A stretch of DNA of 64,000 nucleotides, taken from positions 1-64,000 of the forward strand of contig JAOZFH010000056.1 in assembly GCA_027491415.1 (NCBI GenBank), read 5' to 3'. The stretch comes from Thermoproteota archaeon. Lineage in GTDB: Archaea > Korarchaeota > Korarchaeia > Korarchaeales > Korarchaeaceae. A program made the position numbers and the translations under genes. The notes below the pieces were generated by a model. The model worked only from the letters and a program-made list of their open reading frames with translations. It searched no databases and was not told where the DNA came from. Below, piece after piece: positions 46,468 through 56,199 of the stretch. The stretch's first letter is position 1; every line of letters begins with the position of its first letter.

Positions 46468-46498
46468 CCGAGTGGACGTATAAACCTTCGGCAGGCGC

Positions 46499-46717
46499 TC
46501 ACGGCGGAGCCATCTTCAGCTTTGCCATTGAGGCGAACTTGACCAGCTCGTCGCTGACATCGACGTGAGAGAGGAACATCCTCCTGCAGCAGTACCTCCT
46601 GATACCCATCTCGTCCAGGACCTTGCCCGGGGGCTCACCCTGGGAAACCCTCGAGATGTACTCCTCCCACTTATCTCCTATGACAGCCCCGCACGTGAAG
46701 CACCTTACCGGGAACAT
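46499..46717 (-). CDS. rpoN: RNA polymerase subunit Rpo10/N
   Basis: [15 protein letters not shown]. Confidence 0.96.
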   Translation of the reverse strand: MFPVRCFTCGAVIGDKWEEYISRVSQGEPPGKVLDEMGIRRYCCRRMFLSHVDVSDELVKFASMAKLKMAPP

Positions 46718-46818
46718 CTCCCGTGGCGCTCCGGCCGGAGTTATAAAGGTGAGGATCGGTCCTTTGGACCGGCACCTAATTATTTTCCGGGAAGTCCCTT
46801 AATGAGGAGTTCGGAGGG

Positions 46819-47793
46819 ATGAATTTGGCGTTCGAACTTTGGATTGAGAAGTATCGGCCCAAGAAATTGGACGACGTGGTGGATCAGCAGGAAGTTGTAG
46901 ACGCTCTAAAGGGGTTCGTCGCCAAAGGGTCCATACCTCACCTGCTGTTCGCGGGCCCAGCGGGAACTGGAAAGACTACTACGGCAATTGCCCTGGCGCA
47001 CGAGTTCTTCGGCGAGGGGGAGGCCTTCCGTAGGAACTACATGGAGCTGAACGCCTCTGACGAGAGGGGGATCGACACCATCCGCACGAAGGTGAAGGAC
47101 TTTGCCAGGGCTATGCCCTTCGGAGATGCTCCCTTCAAGATTATACACCTAGACGAGGCCGACAGCATGACTGCCGATGCCCAGCACGCTCTCAGAAGAG
47201 TCATGGAGCTTTACTCCGACAACGTGAGGTTCATACTGGCGTGCAACTACTCCTCGAAAATCATAGAGCCCATACAGTCCAGAACCGCCGTGTTCAGGTT
47301 CAACCCCCTGCCGGACGAGGCCATAAAGGAGAGGCTCCGGTTCATCGCAGAGAATGAGGGCGTCTCATATGAGGAGGAGGGGCTGGATGCGATTGTGTAC
47401 GTCGCTGAGGGGGATTTGAGGAGGGCGATAAACCTCCTCCAGACCGCATCCGCCTTTGGGAAGGTCGTCGATGCCACCCTCGTCTACAAGGTGGCGGGGA
47501 TAGCGAGCCCTCAGGAAGTGCGTGATATGATCCAGCTCGCCCTGAAAGGGGACTTCATGAGGGCCAGGGCGACGCTGAGGGATCTCATGATCACATATGG
47601 CATGTCGGCGGAGGACATAGTCAGACAGCTCCACAGGGAGATAATGGCCCTGCCGAACCTCAACGACGCGGTCAAGGCGGAGCTTGCCTACCACATCGGA
47701 GAGGCGGACTTTAGGCTCACCGAAGGTTCACATGGCGACATTCAGCTGTCGGCCCTCCTAGCCAAGCTGGCCGCGGTGGGTGGCAGGACTTGA
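46819..47793 (+). CDS. rfcS: Replication factor C small subunit
   Basis: WIEKYRP, GPAGTGKT, ELNASDERG, LDEAD, IQSR. Confidence 0.96.
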   Translation: MNLAFELWIEKYRPKKLDDVVDQQEVVDALKGFVAKGSIPHLLFAGPAGTGKTTTAIALAHEFFGEGEAFRRNYMELNASDERGIDTIRTKVKDFARAMPFGDAPFKIIHLDEADSMTADAQHALRRVMELYSDNVRFILACNYSSKIIEPIQSRTAVFRFNPLPDEAIKERLRFIAENEGVSYEEEGLDAIVYVAEGDLRRAINLLQTASAFGKVVDATLVYKVAGIASPQEVRDMIQLALKGDFMRARATLRDLMITYGMSAEDIVRQLHREIMALPNLNDAVKAELAYHIGEADFRLTEGSHGDIQLSALLAKLAAVGGRT

Positions 47794-49043
47794 GCGAGGC
47801 CTCTCTCGAGAGGATACCCTGGACGGAAAAGCATAGGCCCAAGAGCTTGGACGAGATAGTGGGACAAAAGAAGGCGGTCGAGGCCATCAGGAAGTGGATC
47901 GAAGACGTCAAGATGGGAAAGAAAGTTAGGCCCCTCCTCCTGTACGGGCCCCCAGGAACCGGAAAGACCTCTGCGGCCTACGCAATAGCCCTGGAGTTGG
48001 ACATGGAGATCGTTGAGGTCAACGCGAGCGACGTCAGGAACAGAGAGCATCTATCCAAGCTGCTGGAGGGGCTGACTGCTCGGTCCCTCTTCACAGGGAA
48101 GAGGAGAATGATCTTATTCGATGAGATAGACGCCCTGCCCTCGGAGGCCCGCACCATCGCTTCCATACTTAGGGAGATCCTGAAGAGGGCACCGGTTCCC
48201 ATCGTGCTGACGGCCAACGACCCATATGAGCAGGGGCTCGCGCAGCTCAGGGGTCTCACGACGATGGTGCAATTCACAAGGCTTCGCTGGACGACCGTCT
48301 ACGCGGTGCTGAGAAGGATCGCCCAGCGGGAGGGGGTCCGCCTACCAGAGACGGCGCTGAAGGCTATCGCACAGAACTCCAAAGGAGACCTGAGGGCAGC
48401 GATAAACGACCTAGAGGCCGTCGCCAAGGGATCTAGAGAACTCGTTGGGGCCTTCGGAAGAATCTTCGGGAGCAGGGACGTAGAGAAGAACATATTCGAG
48501 CTGATGAGGGCCATATTTCTTGGAAAGAACTGCAGGTACACGGCCTGGATGACCATGAGCGTCGACGTCGATCCTGACATGATCCTCAGGTGGGTGGAGG
48601 AAAACGTACCACTGGTCTACAAGAGCCCGAAGACCCTCGCACTGGCGTACGAGTACCTGTCCCGCGCGGACGTCTTCAGGGGGAGGATCGTGCGAACTCA
48701 GAGCTGGAGGCTCCTGGCGTACGCAAACGAGATGGCGACTCTGGGCGTGTGCTCAGCCAAATTGACGACGGGAGAACAGACGGGCTATGTGAGGTTCTCG
48801 TTTCCGTCCTGGGTGAAGCAAGCATCTGCCACAGTCCAGTCCAGGAGGACGATTAGAGAAGTGTCCCTACAGCTGGCCAAGAGGTACCACGTGCCCTCCA
48901 AGGTGGTCGCAAGGGAGATTCTCCCGCTGATCAAGGCCGCGTTGGGCGACAGGCCAGCGAAAGTCATAGAGTTCGCGAGGAGGCACGGGTTGGATCCTGA
49001 GGCCCTTCAGTCCGCTCTAGAGAACGTTAGAGGGGTGTCCTGA
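47790..49043 (+). CDS. rfcL: Replication factor C large subunit
   Basis: PWTEKHRP, GPPGTGKT, NASDVR, GDLRAAINDL, WVEEN, LSRADVF. Confidence 0.94.
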   Translation: MSEASLERIPWTEKHRPKSLDEIVGQKKAVEAIRKWIEDVKMGKKVRPLLLYGPPGTGKTSAAYAIALELDMEIVEVNASDVRNREHLSKLLEGLTARSLFTGKRRMILFDEIDALPSEARTIASILREILKRAPVPIVLTANDPYEQGLAQLRGLTTMVQFTRLRWTTVYAVLRRIAQREGVRLPETALKAIAQNSKGDLRAAINDLEAVAKGSRELVGAFGRIFGSRDVEKNIFELMRAIFLGKNCRYTAWMTMSVDVDPDMILRWVEENVPLVYKSPKTLALAYEYLSRADVFRGRIVRTQSWRLLAYANEMATLGVCSAKLTTGEQTGYVRFSFPSWVKQASATVQSRRTIREVSLQLAKRYHVPSKVVAREILPLIKAALGDRPAKVIEFARRHGLDPEALQSALENVRGVS

Positions 49044-50175
49044 TTGGCCACTTCCCCACCTTCCTGTTCAAGATGCCCTCTACAATCTCCGACAGTTCTT
49101 CCGGCGGCGCTCGGAGGGAGATCAGGGTCGTCTGCCCTCTCATACCCTTCCCCGAGCGTCGTATCTCGAGGATTCCCAAGGCGCCAAGGTCCTTGACGCG
49201 CCTCCAAATGGCGGTATGTTTGAAGACAGGGATGCCGTAGCCCTCGGCTATCACGCGGTACTCCTCCTTGAGGACCCCCATCGTCACCCACCTCTCGCCG
49301 AGTCTGGAATGGAGTCTGGCGACGGCCAACAGTATCAGCTGATCGTGCAGGTCGAGACTTCCCAAGATGGAGAGGTCCACGGTGGAGACCTCCGCGCCCT
49401 CCTCCGCGCGTCTGACGTGTTCGACATCCAGCACGCGAGAACCCTCGCTCTCAGCCAAGAGGGCGGCCGCCCTCAGGAGGGATAGGGCGTATCTGGCGTT
49501 GCCCTCCTGGTAGCTGGCGGTCAGACGGGCGATCTCTCTCAGGGCGTCGTCAGAGAAGGCATCAGGCCTGAGCGCCTCTTGAGCCCTGGCCCTCAATATG
49601 TCGACCAGCTGCTCCTGACTGTAGGGCCTGAATCGAAGCTTGAGGGTGAAGAAGCTGAGCGTGGAACTCTCGGCCAAGAACTGAGGGCGCGTCTCCTCCC
49701 TGTATATGACCACGAGCCTGTTGAGAGATGGTGCCTGCCCATTCTCGTGGAGCCTCAGGAGGGAGTACACGAGTTCCTCCCCACCCCTGGTTAGATCCTG
49801 GACCTCGTCTAGGATGACTCCAACCTCCCCGTCGAGGTCTGCCACCATGGTCCCGAGCAAGGAGAGCCTATCTTGAAAGGAGATTCCCCTATCTGGCATT
49901 CCGTCGCTCAGCTGGCGAATTATCTCAGACAGCACCCTAGACGCGGTCCTAGGACTGAAGGAACAATTGACGTAGGCAAAGGGGGTACCAGTCGAGTCGG
50001 CCACGAGGCGGGCCGCAAGGCGCGACGCCGCTGTCTTACCGACGCCCGTCCTTCCGTAGACAAGGAGAGGACCAGATCCCATCTCGAGCGCGTAACGTAT
50101 CTTCTTCAGCTCTTCCTCTCGATGTGGAAGCCTGTTTGGGATATGGCTGTGTGAGAGCTTCTCCTCGTCCAGCAC
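49027..50175 (-). CDS. cdc6: Cdc6/Orc1 family replication initiator
   Basis: IPNRLPHRE, GRTGVGKT, YVNC, ILDEV, FRPYS..QL..IL..R, GNARYA, C-terminal wHTH G.RGQTT. Confidence 0.88.
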   Translation of the reverse strand: MLDEEKLSHSHIPNRLPHREEELKKIRYALEMGSGPLLVYGRTGVGKTAASRLAARLVADSTGTPFAYVNCSFSPRTASRVLSEIIRQLSDGMPDRGISFQDRLSLLGTMVADLDGEVGVILDEVQDLTRGGEELVYSLLRLHENGQAPSLNRLVVIYREETRPQFLAESSTLSFFTLKLRFRPYSQEQLVDILRARAQEALRPDAFSDDALREIARLTASYQEGNARYALSLLRAAALLAESEGSRVLDVEHVRRAEEGAEVSTVDLSILGSLDLHDQLILLAVARLHSRLGERWVTMGVLKEEYRVIAEGYGIPVFKHTAIWRRVKDLGALGILEIRRSGKGMRGQTTLISLRAPPEELSEIVEGILNRKVGKWPIRTPL

Positions 50176-50268
50176 TATGCTGCCCAGGAGCGACCCCTGC
50201 CTAGGCCGCTCTTGGGCAGATAATATTTTCGTGGGTAGGTCTGTCAGTAGAGCGGTGAGAGAAAAGTT

Positions 50269-51270
50269 TTACCGGCGCCTCATAAGTATGGCCGAGGCGC
50301 CGATGAGGACGGCGGCCACGCCTAAGGACGCCGCCCAGACGACGAGCGATGGTCCGGTGCCGCCAGAGACCTGAGTCGCTCTGGTTTTCAGGTCGGCGAG
50401 GTACGTCTGATTTACCGAGCAGAACTCCAAGAGGGTGCTCTTGGCGCGGCTTAAGTCGCTGAGGAGATCCTCTGCACGCCCATAGGCTGGCAAGCTCGAC
50501 TCGAGTTCCTGTATCTCCGACAAGGCCTCTTCATCCGGCCTGTCGAGAATGAAAAACACCGGACCAAAGCTCTTAAGGGTCGTCCCCCTTGTTTCCACAG
50601 ACGGGTTGGTGACGTGCCAGTTCAAGACGACTCTCTGGTTGGGGTACTCTCCCAAGAACTTCACCGCGGATGCGCGGGGTCCGCCCGTCTCGACGCAGAA
50701 TCCCGGCGGGAGTACGATCGTCAGGTTAAGTTCATGCAGGGGAACGACGACGCTGGTGTTCCCAAATCGAACGAGGATCGGCTGTGTGTAGAGCTGATAG
50801 AGCCAGGGGTGGCTCGCGTCCATGAGGTACATCAGCATCTTAGTCCCGCTGGCAGACTCACTGCCGCGCAGTACAAAGTCTATCAATATCTCCGCGCGGG
50901 GGAGTTCCGCTCCAGAGTAGCGAACCTGGACCTTGGGATCTCCATCCAATACGAAGTCGTATCTGCCCGTGATTAGGCTCCGGTTACCTATCTCTGCCTT
51001 GATTATGGCACTGACAGAGTTTAGGTAGACCTCCTCCCCGACGGCCTCGATCGACTGCCTCAGAGATATGGCAAGGTCCCCATAAAGGCTCTGCTTGATG
51101 GAGATCTCCGCGTAGTCGAGGGAGGGGAAGGCCATCAGGACATCCACCTTGTAGTAGTAAGGCGTGGTCGGCTCACCAAACGCGGCCTGGACACTGAGCG
51201 GCACAGTCAGCAGGAGGGTTAATGCCGTTATCGCCGTCAAAGTGGCCATATACGCGTATCTGGGACTCAT
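50269..51270 (-). CDS. Secreted/surface protein with C-terminal membrane anchor
   Basis: N-terminal signal peptide; C-terminal TM followed by RRR. Confidence 0.65.
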   Translation of the reverse strand: MSPRYAYMATLTAITALTLLLTVPLSVQAAFGEPTTPYYYKVDVLMAFPSLDYAEISIKQSLYGDLAISLRQSIEAVGEEVYLNSVSAIIKAEIGNRSLITGRYDFVLDGDPKVQVRYSGAELPRAEILIDFVLRGSESASGTKMLMYLMDASHPWLYQLYTQPILVRFGNTSVVVPLHELNLTIVLPPGFCVETGGPRASAVKFLGEYPNQRVVLNWHVTNPSVETRGTTLKSFGPVFFILDRPDEEALSEIQELESSLPAYGRAEDLLSDLSRAKSTLLEFCSVNQTYLADLKTRATQVSGGTGPSLVVWAASLGVAAVLIGASAILMRRR

Positions 51271-51378
51271 CTCGCTCGGTGGGGGCCTCCAAGAGATATA
51301 TTAATATTGATCGGCGTCGAGGGCAGTTAAGCCGCCGGGTTGCGATCATATATTAGGGGCGCGTGTGAACCTCCCTGA

Positions 51379-52503
51379 GTGGCCACATTGAGCACTTCGC
51401 GGGGAGCGCAGGCAGGATACCTAAGGTGGCTGCTGATAGGCAATCCATTCGCACAACTATCCAGTGAGGGCTTGGACGAGGTGACCCCTTTCCACGTCGC
51501 GACCGAGGTTGACAGGGAGCTCAGGGAGCTGGTCGTAAACACGCTGGAGTCCGGCGAGAAGGCAATGATTGTACTAGTGGGTGAGTTTGGAAGCGGAAAA
51601 ACCCAGAGACTCAGGTTCATCGCCGAACAAATAGACTGGGCAGACCGATTCTATGTGAAGGTAGATTCGGACGACTGGGTGGATGTGGCGAGGTCCATCT
51701 TGGGCGCGGTGAGATCGAGTATCCTGGACAGACTACTCATGAAGAAGGTCGGGGAGGAGGCTTTCTCGGACCCTCAGAGGGTTGGCAGGGACGTCGCTGC
51801 CGAGCTTAACAGCAGAGGATATGTGCTCTTCATGCTTGACGAGATTGAGAACGTTCTTACGGGGACTAGGAAGGACGCCGCGGCGTTCGCGAAGTTCCTC
51901 CGAGAGCTGTACCAGAGGCTTGATGGTGGGAAGGTAATACTCATCGCCTGCGTGCCCGAGGCCATCAGGATAATCGGCTCGTTTCTCGAGAACTTGGGCG
52001 CGAGAATTCTTAGCGTTGGTCCAGTCTCTCCTGAGGCGGCCGTAGAGATAATCCGTAAGAGAATGGCCCATTATAGGATTGAGGGATCTTCTCCCAATCC
52101 GTATTATCCCTTCACGGAGAAGGTGGTCAGGCTGATAGCAGAGAGGGCGAACTACAATCCAAGGGCGATGATCAGAATCGCTCGGGCCCTTTTATCGCAC
52201 GTCACGGTTGGCGAAGGAGGAAAAGTTGCCATCGACGAGGAGAGGATGCTTGAGGCTTTGGGAGCTAAGGGAAGGCGGGTTGAGAAGGCTGGAAGAGGGA
52301 GACCCTCAGCTCCGAACGAAATAGTTGAGCTGTTTCGCTCGAAAGGTCCATTTACCCTCAGAGAGGCGGCCTCGGCGCTTGGCGTCGGCATCGTTGAGGC
52401 CCTAGCCATCATGAGGAAGCTTGAAAGAGAGGGTGTTGTGGAGAGAGACCGGTCTGGTAGGTACGTCATATCCGAGGAGAGCCCCAGCCCTCAGTCTGAT
52501 TGA
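51379..52503 (+). CDS. AAA+/P-loop ATPase with C-terminal wHTH
   Basis: NPF N-terminal motif, GEFGSGKT, LFMLDEIE, YPFT, NPR, wHTH (LREAASALG..LEREGVV). Confidence 0.8.
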   Translation: MATLSTSRGAQAGYLRWLLIGNPFAQLSSEGLDEVTPFHVATEVDRELRELVVNTLESGEKAMIVLVGEFGSGKTQRLRFIAEQIDWADRFYVKVDSDDWVDVARSILGAVRSSILDRLLMKKVGEEAFSDPQRVGRDVAAELNSRGYVLFMLDEIENVLTGTRKDAAAFAKFLRELYQRLDGGKVILIACVPEAIRIIGSFLENLGARILSVGPVSPEAAVEIIRKRMAHYRIEGSSPNPYYPFTEKVVRLIAERANYNPRAMIRIARALLSHVTVGEGGKVAIDEERMLEALGAKGRRVEKAGRGRPSAPNEIVELFRSKGPFTLREAASALGVGIVEALAIMRKLEREGVVERDRSGRYVISEESPSPQSD

Positions 52504-52880
52504 CCTTCTTCCTCCATAGGAATCGAGATTGACCGCAATTCCTCAATCAGCTCCGACCACAGATAGATATACTGGGCCTCTTTAGGCGTGAGCTCTGTGA
52601 TGTCTTCTGACCAGGTGTCGAGGCGCTCTTGGAGGAGGCGAAGTAGTTCGCCGTCGCCCGCGGCGGCGATCAACTTGTGAGTGAAAGAAGAGGGCCACCT
52701 GCCCCCAAGGGCCTCTATAATCCCTCGGAGGGCCTGAATCTCACCTTCTTCCAAAGAGACGGATTCTTCGGCATCTTTTAAGGCGGTCTGAAGAACCTCG
52801 GTTGCTCTTGACCTGTCTCCACCACGGCTGACGTCTGTGAGAGCCTTGGCAAAGGTCCTAATCAATTCCTTTCGGTCCAT
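52491..52880 (-). CDS. Hypothetical helical protein
   Basis: ATG start with TATA-like element upstream; no family recognised. Confidence 0.6.
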   Translation of the reverse strand: MDRKELIRTFAKALTDVSRGGDRSRATEVLQTALKDAEESVSLEEGEIQALRGIIEALGGRWPSSFTHKLIAAAGDGELLRLLQERLDTWSEDITELTPKEAQYIYLWSELIEELRSISIPMEEEGQSD

Positions 52881-52939
52881 CTCTCGAGCAGAGGCCCTTG
52901 AGTGTATTTAATATCCCCAACTCCTAGAGAAGCTAGTGG

Positions 52940-53009
52940 GCGGGGAGGGATGAGCTAGCGAAGCCGCTGAATTCAGGGGTGAGGAGGATCTTGAGTAGTG
53001 ACCCCCCGC
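52940..53009 (+). ncRNA. Box C/D guide sRNA predicted to direct Cm34 of tRNA-Leu(CAA)
   Basis: Terminal stem GCGGGG/CCCCGC; C GGGATGA, D' CTGA, C' GTGAGGA, D GTGA; D guide GGATCTTGAGT perfectly complementary to the tRNA-Leu anticodon arm; TATA TTTAATAT at 52907. Confidence 0.8.
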
Positions 53010-53057
53010 TCTGGACAGTAGAGCTTAATACTCGCCTGACCGCAGATCACCCGCGCT

Positions 53058-53133
53058 GGGCCGGTGGTCTAGCGGCTATGACGCCGCCCTCACACGGCGG
53101 AGGTCGTGGGTTCGAGTCCCACCCGGCCCACCA
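53058..53133 (+). tRNA. tRNA-Val(CAC)
   Basis: Anticodon arm CCGCC-CTCACAC-GGCGG; encoded CCA. Confidence 0.96.
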
Positions 53134-53139
53134 ACCACC

Positions 53140-53835
53140 TCAATCTCCGTTGGATTGGGGCTCCAGGCGGACTACAAGCGGGTCGCCGTCTTTAAGCTTG
53201 AGGACCTCCCTCAGATTCTCGGGCGAGATCAGCTCTAGGACATCGTCTGAATAGTGTCTCCTTTCAGCGTAAATTGCGTGGACTGGTTGCTGAAAGCCGG
53301 GTATGGAGACTCTGTAGACCCTGACGGCTCCGAAGGTCCTGCCGCCCTCCCGAAACGCTGGGACCATCACAGGCGTGGAGGACACTTTCCACCTCCGAAT
53401 GGCCTCAAGATCCCTAGTAGAGGCTATACGGAGGTTGAGAGTCCCCGGGAACGGCTCGTATCCTAAGAGCCTGAGGAATTCCCTCTTGTATCCTGATCTT
53501 GAGACGTAGTAGGCGCCCTCCCCCATCCCGCTGAAGACGACTCCGGTGATCTCCACCGGAGATTCCAATTCCTCAAACGCTAGTTGAAGTTCCTCGGAGA
53601 GTTTCTTCAGGAGTTCCCTGCCCTTTTTGGTAAATTCAACCTTCTTGACCCTACCCTCCCCCCGCACCTCGACAAGTCCCTGAGACCTAGCCTCGGCAAT
53701 CCACCTAGCTAGCGTGGTCCTCGGCAGTCCCATCTCTACCCTCAGCTTGGCCACCTCGACCGGCGCCTGGACGGCGCCCAGCCTGGCCATGGAGATTAGA
53801 AAGTAGACCATCCGAGCGGCCTGCCTACCCTTCAA
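53140..53835 (-). CDS. ribK: CTP-dependent riboflavin kinase with N-terminal wHTH (RbkR-type)
   Basis: GVVFSGMGEGAYY, PFPGTLNL, RTFG, ELISP.NLR..L.DGD. Confidence 0.92.
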   Translation of the reverse strand: MKGRQAARMVYFLISMARLGAVQAPVEVAKLRVEMGLPRTTLARWIAEARSQGLVEVRGEGRVKKVEFTKKGRELLKKLSEELQLAFEELESPVEITGVVFSGMGEGAYYVSRSGYKREFLRLLGYEPFPGTLNLRIASTRDLEAIRRWKVSSTPVMVPAFREGGRTFGAVRVYRVSIPGFQQPVHAIYAERRHYSDDVLELISPENLREVLKLKDGDPLVVRLEPQSNGD

Positions 53836-54424
53836 AGGGCCCCCCTCCCGACGAGTAGAGTATGTCCGACTTGGTCCTGTCTATCAGGGCCCTCAAAGTG
53901 TCAACTTTGTGTCGAACGGGGAGAAGGGCGTCAGGATAGACTAGCATGGAGAGGCGATCCATGAGCCCCTCCATGACTGCGACCAGCCCTCTAGCCCCCT
54001 CGAGATCGCCCCTGTTGAGAAGGTTAAGGGCCGCCCTTCTGAGTTCTAGGGCCGCGTCGGCGAGGCCGAGCACGTACTCTCGGCACCCCACGCTAAGGTC
54101 TTCAGGATGGGGTGGATCGGTTCCTGAGAGCATCTTAACGACGAGGATGGCCTCAACGAGTTCCTGAGAGGCCTGTGCGAGGGTCTCATAGGCCAGCTGA
54201 CGAGCATCTCCGGACAGGCCGCCGAGAAAGGCGTTGTACCGAGAGAAGGCTGCTCGTACGACTTCCTCCGCCTCTTGTAAGCGACCCCGGTGGGCGAGCG
54301 AAACGGCCTTCCTAGCGTTCCTCAAGAGGTCCCGCGATAGTCGGATGGACTCCTCTCTGGTACCCTCGAGCCCCTTCAGGTGTTGATCGCAGCGGTCTAT
54401 TACCTCAGTTATTTTCTCGAGCAT
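53825..54424 (-). CDS. Translin/Trax (C3PO-like) family protein
   Basis: REESIRLSRD, QELVEA, YVLGLAD..LELRR, RHKVD. Confidence 0.85.
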   Translation of the reverse strand: MLEKITEVIDRCDQHLKGLEGTREESIRLSRDLLRNARKAVSLAHRGRLQEAEEVVRAAFSRYNAFLGGLSGDARQLAYETLAQASQELVEAILVVKMLSGTDPPHPEDLSVGCREYVLGLADAALELRRAALNLLNRGDLEGARGLVAVMEGLMDRLSMLVYPDALLPVRHKVDTLRALIDRTKSDILYSSGGGPFEG

Positions 54425-54489
54425 GCGCGTCGTCGGCCAGGCCTAGGCTGGTCCACTTTATTTTTCCCTCGACTACCCGCGCGAACCCG

Positions 54490-55473
54490 ATGGTCAACGA
54501 CGTTGTGAGGGTTCCGGACCACGTTAAGGAGCTGATGGAGAAGCAGGGATACAAGTTTGTGCTCAATCACTCTGCCGTCAAGCCGTGCTACTGGTTCCGG
54601 GAGGCCCTGATGCGCGGCAGGACTTGCTACAAGAACAAGTTCTTCGGTATCGCGACTTGGAGCTGCCTCCAAATGACTCCCGCCGCTTCGTTCTGCAACC
54701 TGCAGTGCCTCTACTGCTGGAGGCTGAACGCGAGTGACATGCCGCCGGATTTCAGGTGGAAGGAGATACCAGACGAGGTCGCCAGATGGGACGACCCCGA
54801 GGACATTGCCGAGGAAAGCATAAGGGTCCACAGGGTGCTCGTCCAAGGTTACAAGGGCGTCAAGGTGTTCAGCGAGAGGTGGCTCAGGGAGGCAGAGGTG
54901 CCCAAGCACGCAGCTATATCTCTGACCGGAGAGCCGATGCTCTATCCACACATCGGGGGGCTTGTGAACGAATACAGGAGTAGGGGGATGACCACCTTCA
55001 TAGTCACCAACGGAACCCTCCCGGAGAGATTGGAGTCCTTAGAAAGGGAGCCGACACAGCTCTACGTTACGGTACCGGCGTACGAGGAAGGCCTCTACAA
55101 GCGGATAACCAGGCCTCTAATACCAGACGCGTGGCAGAGGTTGAACAGAACCCTTGAACTCATTCAGTCGCTTTCCGCGCCGACCGTGATGAGGATTACG
55201 GCTATCAAGGGGCTGAACATGGATAAGCCCGAGGAGTGGGCGAAGCTCATTGAGAAATACGAGCCCACCTACGTGGAGCCCAAGGCCTACATGTACGTGG
55301 GCTACTCGAGGAGAAGGCTCTCAAGGGAGAACATGCCATCTCATGCGGAGGTGCGAGAGTTCGCCGAGGCTCTGGCAGAGAGAACCGGATACAGGATTCT
55401 CTCCGAGGTACCCGAGAGCAGGGTCGTCTTGCTGAGTAAGCTGGAGAAGCCCATCAGGTTCGACGGCAGGTAG
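54490..55473 (+). CDS. taw1: 4-demethylwyosine synthase Taw1/TYW1
   Basis: HSAVKPC, CYK..FFGI, CNLQCLYCWR, AISLTGEP, VTNGT, VEPKAYMYVG. Confidence 0.95.
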   Translation: MVNDVVRVPDHVKELMEKQGYKFVLNHSAVKPCYWFREALMRGRTCYKNKFFGIATWSCLQMTPAASFCNLQCLYCWRLNASDMPPDFRWKEIPDEVARWDDPEDIAEESIRVHRVLVQGYKGVKVFSERWLREAEVPKHAAISLTGEPMLYPHIGGLVNEYRSRGMTTFIVTNGTLPERLESLEREPTQLYVTVPAYEEGLYKRITRPLIPDAWQRLNRTLELIQSLSAPTVMRITAIKGLNMDKPEEWAKLIEKYEPTYVEPKAYMYVGYSRRRLSRENMPSHAEVREFAEALAERTGYRILSEVPESRVVLLSKLEKPIRFDGR

Positions 55474-55516
55474 CGATCCCATTATTTAATGGAAGGGCCG
55501 ATCGGCGCGGCGTGGT

Positions 55517-56197
55517 ATGATAATCACGCTCCTGCTCGGCGGCGTGGTGTTCGATAGGAGCCTCAAGGACCCATCGATCTTGGAGGAGTACAGAGGCGTT
55601 ATTTCGAACCTAGTGAAGCGAGGAACGAGTGTTGTCGTCGTCGCCGGTGGTGGGCGACTTGCGAGGAGATATATAGGCCTGGCGGAGGGATTTGGGGCGA
55701 ACAAGGCCTTTCTTGATGAAATAGGGATTCTGGCTACCAGGCTCAACGCCTCGATCACGGTGGCGGCTCTCGGCGAAATTGCTCACCCGACGGTACTGAA
55801 GAGCTACGAGGAGGTCGTATCAGCACTCAAATTGAGCCCCGTAGTCGTGCTGGGGGGGATTGCCCCGGCCCAATCTACAGATGCCGTGGCGGCGGTGGTA
55901 TCCGAGTTCGTGGGCGCTTCCATGCTCGTCAAGGCCACCGGCGCGCCAGGGATATTTGATCGACCTCCTTCCGAGCCCGGGGCCACTCTCTTGGAGAGGG
56001 TCTCCTACGAGGGTCTCAGAGAGATCGTGGCGAGATATCGGTTCGAGCCGGGCGGGTACGAGCTCTTAGATCCTATCGCGATCAAGGTCCTTGAAAGGTC
56101 ATCCATTCCATGCATCGTTTTAGATGGGTTGAGGCCCCGGCTCCTGCTGGACGCTGTCGAGGGAAAAAAGGTGGGTACAGTTGTGGGGGGAGATTGA
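55517..56197 (+). CDS. pyrH: UMP kinase
   Basis: GGGRLARRYI, DEIGI.ATRLNA, STDAVAA, D..AIK, GT. Confidence 0.88.
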   Translation: MIITLLLGGVVFDRSLKDPSILEEYRGVISNLVKRGTSVVVVAGGGRLARRYIGLAEGFGANKAFLDEIGILATRLNASITVAALGEIAHPTVLKSYEEVVSALKLSPVVVLGGIAPAQSTDAVAAVVSEFVGASMLVKATGAPGIFDRPPSEPGATLLERVSYEGLREIVARYRFEPGGYELLDPIAIKVLERSSIPCIVLDGLRPRLLLDAVEGKKVGTVVGGD

Positions 56198-56199
56198 TC

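Noticed and set aside
46729-46779. CTCCGGCCGGAG palindrome and CGGTCC/GGACCG hairpin in the rpoN-rfcS divergent promoter
   Set aside because: Short GC-rich dyads are expected by chance at this composition; no supporting repeat elsewhere
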